64,000 nucleotides of DNA from Eukaryota sp. GEM-RC1 (GCA_040285855.1 JAUFOQ010000016.1:744001-808000), one strand, 5' to 3'; numbered from the stretch's first letter, positions 39,625 through 50,536 are shown. A program made the numbers and translations. Notes: generated from the sequence alone by a model not told the origin.

Positions 39625-40339
39625 CAGTGTTATTCCATAACCGAATTTTCAAATGTCATGCGCCGATGGCCTATGGGTCATGGCTTTCGGACGCATGGCG
39701 CGAAAACAGGCATGGCGCATTAGCAATATTTTCAATATCCAACCAAGTTAGTAGATATTACGTAAATGAACACATATCGATATGTCCCACTATGTATTAT
39801 TGGTTTGTATTTGCAAACCTGTTCTCATACAATTCATTTCACAATCAATTTGAATCGAGTTCTGATTTTGATAGTTCTCTTACTCCTGTTACATGGTGGA
39901 AACCAAATGGTCCAACAGCCTGTGTAGTCAAGAAGCTTGCCATTAAGTTAATCTCACAAGTATGTTGAGCAGGAGCATGTGAAAGGGTTTGGAGTTCCTA
40001 TTATTTTATTCACTCAAACAGAACGAACCGGCTCACCACCGAAAGAGCTAAGAAGTTAGTGTATGTGCACTTTAATTCCAAATTCCAGAAACAAGCTGGT
40101 CTTATGAAACAAAGATGGACAGAACACAGCATGGAAAGCGATTCTTACTATTAGAGCTCTTTGTATAGGTTTCATAAATAACATTCTTTAAGTATACGTA
40201 TCATAGAACTACTGTACATGCTCATGTAGTACAGTGTCATTGTTGGAATAACAACACGTGTTAACACGCCATAACAACACGGCCATAATCAGAAAATGCC
40301 ATGCGCCAATGGACGCTTGGCACGCTTGGCACAACGCTG
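39625..40339 (+). mobile_element. Deleted hAT element carrying a dimerisation-domain remnant
   Basis: Ends cagtgttattcca / tggcacaacgctg; TSD ctttaaga/cttcaaga; PVTWWK...LAIKLISQ..AGACERVWSS...NRLTTERAKKLVYVHFN. Confidence 0.85.
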
Positions 40340-40458
40340 CTTCAAGAAGATTTTAATGGGTCCCTCTGTCCTGTCCTCAAATCTCGTCTAGTTCTCTTTT
40401 GTTTGTGTTATAATACTCCATATTGTCGTGATTCTTGCTGTTCTTGTTGTATTATATT

Positions 40459-41118
40459 CAGGGGTACTCAAAATTGAATTGCCAATTCAGTTGTTGCCAA
40501 TCAATTAATTGCAATATAAATTGGTCGATCGTTAGACCCCACCAATTAATTGGCAATTAATTGTCCAATTATCTAGTTATTGGTCTAATCAGTTTATTAT
40601 GAATAAGCAGCAGATCATTGATGGAAATCGGAAAAGTAGCTTTACAAAAATTTGTGAACAAAAAGTTTTTTATCGAAATGTCATACAGTGTGCTCTACAT
40701 TAGTCGATTCATAAATGAAATCTTTTTAGTAGTGTTACGAGAAACGCACCAAAATTAATCTGGAATCGCTGAAACGCTGAAACGTAGAAACGTTTCTCAT
40801 AACACTACTATTTTCCATGGCTAAATTTATGGTTACCCAGATAGACTTTGACTGACGGAACTCTCAATATGGAACTGTTAATGAAGCGTAGCAAACCTCC
40901 GTGGGAATGAAAAGTCTAAACGAAGATTTGTGAAGCAAATTGGTTTGAGGAAGTTGATTGTATTTGGAATTTAGTATGATAATATACGATTTTGTTTTCA
41001 TAAAACAATAACTGATTAATTGGTCAATTAATTGCCAATTAATTGCACTAATTGCAATATTAATTGTTTACATAAATTGAGAACCAATTAATTGCCAATT
41101 CAATTTTGAGTACCCCTG
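40459..41118. mobile_element. hAT MITE
   Basis: TIR CAGGGGTACTCAAAATTGAATTG; TSD attatatt; caattaattg subterminal repeats; nested 84-bp IR at 40727-40810. Confidence 0.93.
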
Positions 41119-41229
41119 ATTATATTTTTGTTAGATACAAAAACCTAAATTAATCTCAAGTCATCACAATTTCTCCGAGTTTTGACTGCTGATGGGGACA
41201 TAGAGTCTAATCATTGACCCAATCTAATT

Positions 41230-41590
41230 AAAGATCATTTCTTTATTGATTCTTTGCTACCTCATAGTTGGTTATGGCACACTATTGTAGACTATTTTGG
41301 ACAGTACATCACTGAACATAGTGTTTAATGCTCATACGTGTGAAGCAATGTCACTTGCAACAACAGAGGACAACTTGGCTGAAGATGAAAGAGATCATTG
41401 GCATCTTCTACAAACTATTTCAAGAAACGTTAGATTTGAAGAATTCTTCCAGACCACCAACCAAACAACATTTGTTTATTCCATTAAACGATGGTATCTT
41501 TAATAATGAAGCTACTCACTGGACTCTGTTGATTTGTGATATTAAGAGAAAATGATACTATTCCTTTGATCCATTGTTTACTCAAAATCA
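41230..41590 (+). pseudogene. Ulp1/C48 (SENP8/NEDP1-like) cysteine protease remnant
   Basis: SLLPHSWLWHTIVDYF; LFIPLNDGIFNNEATHWTLLICD...YYSFDPL; catalytic Cys region not seen. Confidence 0.7.
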
Positions 41591-41705
41591 ACATCAAAAG
41601 TTGGGAAAATTGCATTTATACCAGGGAAATGAAAAAAAAACTTATCATTTCTACCATACCCCTGCCAAATCTACCATACATGCTAATAAACAGAGAAGAT
41701 CGTAA

Positions 41706-42330
41706 ATGAATGGTTTTGAGAAAGAAGCTCACGACCTTGATTTTCTCGCAGATCAACAAATCATGATCTCTGTCATTATTGCAAAACTACAACCCAATGG
41801 TGAGTTACAATTTGACAACTCAATTGTCCTTTACACTGTCTACAACTATAAAATCAAATTCAGTGAATCAGAAACACCAGCTTTTAAATTAGCTCTTTTG
41901 GACTTCCCAAATAAAAACGAATTATTGGTTAAGTACGCCAATATTGTTAGTCAATTTAAACCACATGCTTTTATTGGACATAGCATTTTCAATTTTGACT
42001 TGCCCATAATTGACAATAACCTTCCACATTAAACAAATCCAAATCCAATTCAGTTACCTTTACATAGTAGATGGCTGGATATCATAAAAGATCACTATGG
42101 TTTTACAGTTTTGGATACCTTCTTATTTGCAAAGAAGTATATTGGTCTCAAGTATGGTTGTAGTCTAGCCAATTTATCTTGGAATTTACTTTCTGAACCT
42201 AAATTGAAATTGGATAAAGACTTGGATCACTTACTCCCAGTTGATTGTTTAAGAAATGATAAAAGAATGAAAACGCTAATCAACTACTGGTTCATGATTC
42301 AATTTTGGCGTTTAAATTGTGTATTTTATT
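41706..42330 (+). pseudogene. Family-B DNA polymerase 3'-5' exonuclease domain
   Basis: FPNKNELL...KPHAFIGHSIFNFDLPII (ExoII); DTFLFAKK...CSLANLSWNLL...K; NY[C]VHDSILAFKL (ExoIII after restoring 1 nt). Confidence 0.8.
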
Positions 42331-42349
42331 TCAAAAAGACAAAATTGTT

Positions 42350-44625
42350 TTTCAATCATGGGCTTCTATTAAAACTTCAGTTGTTAGTGTGGTAAAACAT
42401 CAAGAAGTTCAAGATCCTATGCTTTTGGGATCTCAGTTCTACAATGCGTCAAGACAACACACTACAATGACAATGTGTGTTAAAGAATATGTGTTGTCTC
42501 GCTATCGTCTTGGACAAGATTTGTCAAAGTTTGATTACAAGTTGTTTTATCATACAATGCTTTCAATTAGAAATCTTTCATCTGAAGTTCATAACTTTAA
42601 AATTCCAAATAATCGTCCTATATCAACAATTGATACAGATCTTCGTGATTTTGTTGCTGGAGAAGGAATTTCTACCGCCAATTCAAACTACCCTGGATTT
42701 AAGCACTGTGTTACTGGAAACATTTGGCACATGTCATTTACCAGAACTTGATTTTGATCATATCAGTAGAGCTTTTGAATACACTACTCAGTATGAAGTG
42801 TGGCCTGCGTTTGAATTAAATATTCGTCGCAATTATGAGTTGTACATTTACAGATTTATCAATACAGTAATGGGTAAGAAAGAGTTTGAAAAGGGAATGA
42901 AAGAGAGCCGTAATTTAGTTTTAGGTCCAGAACTTACAGGCCTGACAGGACATGAAGCTCAAAAGTTCACTAGTTACTTCAGATTTCGTTTAAAGATGTT
43001 GAAAGACCAGACTTTGTATCGACCCAGACATGAAGCCTTACAGCATATTAATTCTTTTAATTCTCTGCCACTCACCCTGAAAATGTTAAGTTTATTGATG
43101 AAGTTTCCAAAGTTTTTGATGATGATTTCAGTATGTTAATATTTGAACAGATTAATTCCCTAATGACTGATAAAATTCCAGAATTACTTCAAAGATTAAA
43201 CATCATATTTCCTGCTTCAATCACTACAAACGAGAATGAAACTGTAGACGTCCACAATTGACTTTACACAGTTCAGGACCATTCTCTTCATTTTCTAGGA
43301 AACTCTCTTCAAATCTCAGATTACTTGGAATCCAAGGGTGATAAGTTGTATAAAGTAATTCCTCTAAGTTTGAAGACTATTCCCTGTTTATTCCCAATAG
43401 ATACTAGAACTCTTTGGGGACTGGCTAAGCACTGTATTGGATATGAGAATAATGATAAGAACATTGGTCCTTTACATTCAAAAGTGACTAATTACATGTC
43501 TGCTGATCAGATTAATGACTTGACCCATCCTCAACAACAAGATTACTGGAAAAGATGGTTTAACTGTGATGACAGAAGTTTTCACAAAGCCAATTTTGAA
43601 TTCAACAACTATGCTGTAACTGATGGAATTTCGATTTGTTTTCAATTTGTGAGAAAAGATTTGAAAGGAATGAAATGTAAACCTGATTCAAGTAAAGCTT
43701 CAGTAAAAGTACAATATTTCAATGAATGTGATAGGTCTGATTGTATCTCTAAACAAATGGTTTATGTGGACATTGGAAAGAGAGATATGCTACAACTTGC
43801 ATCAAAATCAAATAGGGAAACTCAAAAGCCTCTAAAGAAATACAACTTCTTACGATTGACATATGCTGAGTGGTCTAGAGTTTCAAGAAAGCATAAAAGA
43901 ATCCACCAGTACCTTGTCAGAAAGAGATCTGGTACTAATCCCTCAGGTCAGACAAAGACTATTGAGGAATGGAACACTTGGTTAGGTGAAGATCAGGATT
44001 CTAAGACAGTCATCTACAATAAATTTAGAGAATTTATGCTGAATAAATGTATTCACTACAATGCAACTAAAGACTTCTATGCTTTGCATATATGGAGGAT
44101 TCACAAAATCCAAATCATGTCCATAAGCAAAAGACAGAGTCTAAATTGGTTAACAGCATTGTGAGAACTTTTGGTAAGTGTGACAAAATTGTACTATGTA
44201 TTGGTGATTTAGGTCAGAAGCCAATGACCAACTTAAAACACAGTCCACCATCGAGAACTAAAACTTGGACTTCATTCTTTCAGAGAAACGGTTTTCTAAT
44301 AGTAATGAATGATGAGAGAAACACTTCGTCCAAGTGTCCAGAATGTCATGAATATGTTTTTGAAACTTCTAATGAGGTTGTCAACCCAAAGCCCAAATCA
44401 AGAGAGAAGAGAGAATGGATTCATCCACATGGCTTACTAGAGTGTAAGAGCAAACATTGTCTGGGAGAAGTCAAGAAGCTATTGAAAGGATAAAAGATAG
44501 GGCACACATTGCCCATTCAAATGTATTGGAATCGTAACAAGATGGCTTGTTTGAACATGATGAACATGTTCGAACACTGGATGAGTGGAGGTGATGAGAA
44601 AGTTGAGTATTTGTGTAGAAATTAG
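42350..44625 (+). pseudogene. Fanzor (eukaryotic TnpB-derived RNA-guided RuvC nuclease), full length but disrupted
   Basis: IKTSVVSVVK; ELNIRRNY...RFIN; KVIPL...IP..FPIDT; VTDGISIC; YVDIGKRD (RuvC-I); IGDLGQK; DERNTSSKCPEC (RuvC-II + Zn); HGLLECKSKHC; WNRNKMACLNM (RuvC-III); EYLCRN*. Confidence 0.88.
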
Positions 44626-44694
44626 CTTTATTTTTGTTAAAACCCGGCCATATTTGGTTAAGTCCATACAATTGTACAGATAGGTACTTTGTAG

Positions 44695-45247
44695 CATAGT
44701 TGCAAAATATAAAATACAGTATTTGCATGTATTCTGTATTTTTTTCCGGAAAAGTGTACAATGTATTTGTATTTTTATTTGTTTTTCTTGTATTTTCTGC
44801 ACATCACTGAGTTTCATCCTGTTTTGATGATGTACGTGTAGTCTTTGGGGACTATGAGAACAAGTGTAAATTTTGTTACCTACAAGCGGTACAATAAGAC
44901 GATTTACAACTAATGTACGAGACAAAAAGTGTCCAAAGTCACATTGTACAACTGTATAACTGCACATCAGTACTTTCCGTGGACGTAATGAACTTTTGAA
45001 CCTTTTAGCATTTTAGAATCGAAAGAACAATTGGGTTGATATATATAAAGAAGTCTAAGAATGCGTAACGAAGAGGTGAACCCTGATAACCCTGAAGATC
45101 AATCACGTAGGACTCAATACAGTTAGTTTAATACTTGCCATTACATTAAAAAGATACACTTAAGACAGTATTCTGTATTGTATTTGTATTCTGTATTGTA
45201 TTATTCTGTATTGTATTATTTTTTTGTCCGTGTATTTTGCAACTATG
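44695..45247. mobile_element. hAT MITE inserted 69 bp downstream of the Fanzor stop codon
   Basis: TIR CATAGTTGCAAAATA; TSD ctttgtag (44687-44694, 45248-45255). Confidence 0.93.
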
Positions 45248-45601
45248 CTTTGTAGCTATATTTGCAATGAAGAGGTGTTTCGTGTTGATTGTTCAACAGT
45301 GTCATAAAAGTCACTGAAATTGAGATTGAGTTCAGACCAAGGGCCTGTCTATTCAATACCACTTTTTTATTGTAACATTAACAATGAGAAAAAAGATTCT
45401 TAAGCAAACAGTGTACAGTGTATTTAGTATACGTACACATTATAAAACTACATTTACTAAAAATATTATTCAACTTTTTGCATTGAACTCAGATCGCCTC
45501 ATACTCAGTGTGTAGAGACCAAGTGCGAACAAAAACACGTCAGACTTGGTATCTTAGTAGAACAGCCAGAGGAAAATCAATATTTCACACGTTTGCACTA
45601 A

Positions 45602-46177
45602 ATGCCAATCACCGTAATGATATATCACCTTCTCTTTGGATTACTCCTTTTCGGATGTCTAGCATGTGAACATTCTTGTTACGATTCAACTTGCACAATA
45701 TCTGGAGGCTCAAAGGAACGTTGTACTTGTGGTTCAAGAAACTATGGAGAAGTTACAAAGTATTATGCTTATTGTTTTGCAAAAGACGCAACTGCATGTG
45801 AACAGTCTGTTGGAAGAACAAGCTGTTCGATTGAAGGCCAACATGCAGCATGTGGTCTTGACTCACGTTCATACTACACCACAACTTGGTTCGTTGCTTT
45901 TTGTCAGGCCCGAAACGCTCCCCGATGTTCTATTTCTGCATATGATTCAAAATGTGAAATTGTGGGAGAAAAGGCGAGTTGTGGTACTACTCTTACTCAT
46001 GGGGGAAGAAATACGTATCTTGTGCCTCGCTGCAATGCTGCAAATGCTGTACAGTGTTCTATCAAGTGTGGTGGAGATTATTGTGAAAAACTATGTCCTC
46101 AACATGGGAAAAGAGCAGACTGTCATTGTAAGGCATCTACTTCTGGGGTTTTATTAGCACGTTGCAATTGTCTCTAA
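45602..46177 (+). CDS. Secreted cysteine-rich repeat protein
   Basis: Hydrophobic N-terminus; three ~40-aa C-x6-C-x6/8-CG...C-A..A..C modules plus a Cys-rich tail. Confidence 0.75.
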   Translation: MPITVMIYHLLFGLLLFGCLACEHSCYDSTCTISGGSKERCTCGSRNYGEVTKYYAYCFAKDATACEQSVGRTSCSIEGQHAACGLDSRSYYTTTWFVAFCQARNAPRCSISAYDSKCEIVGEKASCGTTLTHGGRNTYLVPRCNAANAVQCSIKCGGDYCEKLCPQHGKRADCHCKASTSGVLLARCNCL

Positions 46178-46282
46178 TAAAATCAACTCTCATCTGTTTC
46201 AATCTCGCATCTTCAAACTGTCTAATAATGGCGATACCAAGTAACACATTTTTTGAAAGAGAAAACGAACTTGTTGAAATTC

Positions 46283-47428
46283 CATTCATGCGCCATTGTG
46301 TGCCATACACGTATGGACTCCCATACGTCCATACGCTTATGGCAATTTCTGTTTTTGCCATACGCATTTTGACGAAATGTATCTGTATTTGAACTTTTCG
46401 CAGAGAGACTCTATGACATGTTTGTAATTATGTAGATAAATATACTTTAGTGAAAACCAAACCTTCACATCATCCATCTCATTGGAAAAATTTTGACCAT
46501 CAGGATACCATCTCTGCTTCCATTGTTGGATGTCTTTGATCTGAGTTCCAATTAATGTGTATAGATACCAGTTTTTTGTGCGTTCATTATAAATTTGTTC
46601 TTGTTCGTATCTCACTTTTTTTAAAATAGTTCTACAAAGTGAAAAAACTACAAAAGATCTTTTTCATCGTTTATTGTGAATGAATGAGTACGTACCAGTG
46701 TTCGAAATTTCCCACGTGTTTTTCAAAAGACACCGTGTCGGTGTTAACACGCGTGTCCACACGGTGTCTTTGATGTGTCTTTTGGGTGTTTTTGCGTGTT
46801 TTTTTGGAAAATAATTTCTCATCAACTATATAGAGTTTGACCATCAACACATACTTTTGGGCCAATTCTTGCCTTTATCTGACATCCCATCACTGAATCT
46901 TGGATACTGTGGTTCTGTTGAGTTGAATTGTGTTCTAGGTCTGTTTGACAACGCATCATGTCAGTATTTTGGCCACTTTCTGTTGGCATTGCAGTCTATT
47001 GTGGTATAACATATAGAAAAACATTCAAGTCGAACAGTGTTGAGGGAAATAAAAGGGTACTTTCGAAGTTTTCTAGGTTTTTTGCAGAAAAACACGTACA
47101 CACGCGGTGTCTTTTTGCGTGTTTTTCTGCGTGTTTTTCAAAAGACACCGTGTCCGTGTCCAAACGTGTCTGCATGTCCAAACGTGTCCACGCGTGTCTT
47201 CGAACACTGGTACGTACTCAACCTGTTTCAAACAATTCTACAGACCGTACTTCTGATACTAATTTGATGACAAATTGAAGTGTATGAGTTGGTATTTAGA
47301 CATAATGAAGTTAAACGTTGGAAAGATTCTGCTAGACATGGTTTGATGCCCATTGTCAGCCATTCTGCCATACGTCCATACGCCCATAAGCATATGACAA
47401 ATTTATTTTTGGTTATGGCGCAAGACTG
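46283..47428. mobile_element. Probable MITE with ccatacg subterminal repeats, hosting a nested MITE
   Basis: Ends cattcatgcgccat / atggcgcaagactg; ccatacgtccatacg at both ends; no TSD found. Confidence 0.55.
46696..47209. mobile_element. Nested hAT MITE
   Basis: TIR cagtgttcgaa; TSD gtacgtac; aaagacaccgtgtc repeats. Confidence 0.9.
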
Positions 47429-48186
47429 CAATTGTAACGCAAACATCTAAATGTTTTTCGGAGTAACCTCAACACCGTTTCGGATATACAGAGGGAAGAC
47501 TGTATCATTCTTCTATCACACTTCAACGAATTAGAGTAAATAACTACTGTTCTTGTGAAACTACATTAGATATACTGGTAGGTACCATACTGAAATATTA
47601 CTCTTTGGATATGTACTGATGGATCTCCACCAACTACTGCATAAATTTGACTACATAAATAACACTAACAAAATAGTGCATACGAACTATATCGGTGAGT
47701 AAATCAGATACTGTATAAAAGTAAAAGATAACATTATCAGCTGAAGATTTATAAAGGCCGACAGTTGTAAAATTAACAATATAAAACGAAATTGTATTTC
47801 TAGTCCAGTTACAAACTAGAAGTTGAAGGACCAAAATAGAACAAAATATAGGACCCCTTGTACTCAAAACGGTTTATTACTGCTGAAGCTAATTGACTGT
47901 CAGCACTTGGGTTGACCTCGAGAATAAATAATCCATCATGGTTATAAACTCTGAGCTGCATAGTACAATTGTCATCAATTTCTAATTTCTAATTTCAGTA
48001 TATCATATTTACGTTGTTTTGATGACTTTTTCTATCATTAACGTCATTTTATATATCTTTCTCTTAGGCTACAAGCAATTAATACTACATGTAGTAGTTT
48101 TGGAAACGTGTCAGTGATTGGTTTGCCACCGTCAATTTTGTCTAAAAACCGAAAATAATTTATAGATACATCTAAATACAAACCTC

Positions 48187-48948
48187 TTAAGGTCTTGCAG
48201 AACCTAGTCCTAAGGAATTATGGAAGAGGGACATGACACTACCCTTCACGAACATCTGGATATTGGTGTTACTAATAAATACATCAGGGGAAAAGTCAGA
48301 GTTGGTGGATTGAGCAAGTGCATGTCTAGCAACTGTTAGTGTCAACGCAATTTCAGCAGCAACATCCTCCATAGAATAAACAACGTTAGTTCCCAAAATT
48401 GGAACAAAAGTACGGAAACGGTCGTCGTCCCGAAGTACCGGTATGTCTTCGCCAGGTTTAGGAAGAGGAACACGCTTGGTGTAGCGTAACCCAAATTGTT
48501 CTGGTTGTTTCTTAACCATGAAAGAGGCCGGATCAAACTTAGAAGTGTTCATGACAATCTTTCCGTGATGAACGTACTCTATTTCTTCTAGAGGTGTCTT
48601 CTCGAATCTTAATATGGCCTTCTTAGTAAAGTCAATCTTAACACGGATGAAGTTCTTAGTGGTGATCATAATGAGACGCTCCTGGTATTTTCCAACGGAA
48701 TTGACTGAGTTGATTGCCCACCATTTAATAACATCCTCTGAAGGATCGAGTAATTCCTCACACTCATCACAAACAGCGCGAGCATCACTATAGACCTGGT
48801 CAGGTTGCCAAAAATAAGTAGGATCCGACAATAGCGCCTTTGCTTCCATAACATCACCAGCAAAGCAAGCATTGCGGAGTAAAGCCTGGCGCTTTGCTAT
48901 TGTGACAGAATGAGTCATTTCAGGATTAGAGGAGTCTGAGTCAGACAT
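48187..48948 (-). CDS. hSac2-domain (TPRG1L-like) protein
   Basis: WAINSVNSVGKYQERLIMITTKNFIRVKIDF...IPL-like segment. Confidence 0.6.
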   Translation of the reverse strand: MSDSDSSNPEMTHSVTIAKRQALLRNACFAGDVMEAKALLSDPTYFWQPDQVYSDARAVCDECEELLDPSEDVIKWWAINSVNSVGKYQERLIMITTKNFIRVKIDFTKKAILRFEKTPLEEIEYVHHGKIVMNTSKFDPASFMVKKQPEQFGLRYTKRVPLPKPGEDIPVLRDDDRFRTFVPILGTNVVYSMEDVAAEIALTLTVARHALAQSTNSDFSPDVFISNTNIQMFVKGSVMSLFHNSLGLGSARP

Positions 48949-48976
48949 TTAGTGCAGTAAAACAGATTTGCAACAA

Positions 48977-50536
48977 ATGTTCAACGTTGTCCTTCTATCC
49001 CTCTTTATCACACTTGTCCTGTCTGACTCTTCAAGGCTTTGGCCTAGCCCACAGGAAGTAACTTTTGGTGATTACACTGTTCGTCTTGATAGCAACTTCC
49101 AGTTCGATTCGTCTTCTTACAATGACATTTTAGCTGGTGCATTGGAACGCTATCATAACTTCATCAAGTTTTATTCAGTTGATACTGTTGACGATAAGGC
49201 TCCCATGGCCACAGTCTCCACAGTCCATGTTAAACCAGGAGATCTCAATGCTCCTCTGGAATACGGAATGGACGAGTCTTACACCATCAAAGTCTACACG
49301 TCATCAGTCTTTATCACTTCCAACACCATCTGGGGATGTCTTCGTGCTCTCGAAACCTTCTCTCAACTTGTTGAATCCTCTCCTTCTCACGGCCTCCTCA
49401 TCCGTTCATGTCCCATCACAGTCACTGACTCTCCTCGATGGTCATGGAGAGGACTCTTGATCGACACCGCCAGACACTACCTACCAGTAAGATCTATCAA
49501 GAAAGTCATTGATTCCATGTCTTACGTTAAGATGTCCGTACTTCACTGGCACTTAGTCGATGCTCAGAGCTTCCCCCTAGTACTTCCTTCTCAGCCTGAC
49601 CTTGCTGGCAAGGGGGCCTTTAGAAAGGATTTAGTGTATGATCCTGCTACTGTTAAAGAGATCATTGCTTACGCCAAGACACGTGGCATTATGGTCATTC
49701 CTGAGATTGATGTCCCGGGTCATGCTTATTCTTGGGGTTTTAGTGATCCTGATTTGATTGCCAAGTGTCCTTCACGTTTCCAATCAAATGTGAACAACTA
49801 CCCTCTAAATCCCTCCAATCCAAAGACTTTTTCTGTTTTAAAGAACATCGCCAAGGATATGAAATCTCTTTTCAACGTCACTTGGCTTCATTTGGGTGCT
49901 GATGAACCTAACTTCAAATGCTGGGAGGAGGATCCTGATGTTGCTAAATGGATGAAGGAAGAAGGTTTAAAGGGAGGAGCTGACGTTTACAGATTCTTTT
50001 GGGAACAAGCTCTTCCAATATTCTCTGAGTATCGTACGATTCTATGGCAAGAAGCAGTGTTACTAGGAGCTAATCCCCCTAAAACCTCTTTAATTCACGT
50101 TTGGGAAGGTTTAGCTAATGTTAAGAAGATCGTCTCCCAAGGATATGACATTTTAACTTCTGCAGGGTTTTACCTGGATAGACAACAACCTACTGATAAG
50201 GAAAGATATGGTTTTATTGATACTTGGAGAGATATGTTTGAAGTTGAACCATTAACTGGATTAACTGAGACGGAACAAAAGAGATTAAAGGGAGGAGAAG
50301 CAGCAATGTGGGGAGAGTCTGTCGATGCTTTTAGTATTGAGTCTAGGATTTGGCCGAGAGCTTTGGCTGTTGCAGAGAGACTTTGGTTTGAATTGAAGGG
50401 TGATATTGACTGGAAGTATGAAGCGAATAGATTGGAGAGACATCGTTGTAGAATGGTTGGTCGGGGTGTGATTGCTGGTCCGATTGTACCTGGACCTCCC
50501 ATTTGTAAATTTAGTGTCAAACCTTATGTTGTCTAG
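48977..50536 (+). CDS. Beta-N-acetylhexosaminidase (GH20)
   Basis: Signal peptide; LWPSP; WRGLLIDTARHY; HWHLVDAQSFP; PEIDVPGH; HLGADE; GGEAAMWGE; WPRALAVAERLW. Confidence 0.97.
   Translation: MFNVVLLSLFITLVLSDSSRLWPSPQEVTFGDYTVRLDSNFQFDSSSYNDILAGALERYHNFIKFYSVDTVDDKAPMATVSTVHVKPGDLNAPLEYGMDESYTIKVYTSSVFITSNTIWGCLRALETFSQLVESSPSHGLLIRSCPITVTDSPRWSWRGLLIDTARHYLPVRSIKKVIDSMSYVKMSVLHWHLVDAQSFPLVLPSQPDLAGKGAFRKDLVYDPATVKEIIAYAKTRGIMVIPEIDVPGHAYSWGFSDPDLIAKCPSRFQSNVNNYPLNPSNPKTFSVLKNIAKDMKSLFNVTWLHLGADEPNFKCWEEDPDVAKWMKEEGLKGGADVYRFFWEQALPIFSEYRTILWQEAVLLGANPPKTSLIHVWEGLANVKKIVSQGYDILTSAGFYLDRQQPTDKERYGFIDTWRDMFEVEPLTGLTETEQKRLKGGEAAMWGESVDAFSIESRIWPRALAVAERLWFELKGDIDWKYEANRLERHRCRMVGRGVIAGPIVPGPPICKFSVKPYVV

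Noticed and set aside
44491..44493. Stop-codon reassignment suggested by the in-frame TAA in Fanzor
   Set aside because: Conserved genes end at TAA, TAG or TGA at the expected positions and contain no internal stops
41150..44625. Polinton/Maverick call
   Set aside because: No protein-primed PolB palm, integrase, ATPase, capsid or long TIRs seen; only an exonuclease domain is present
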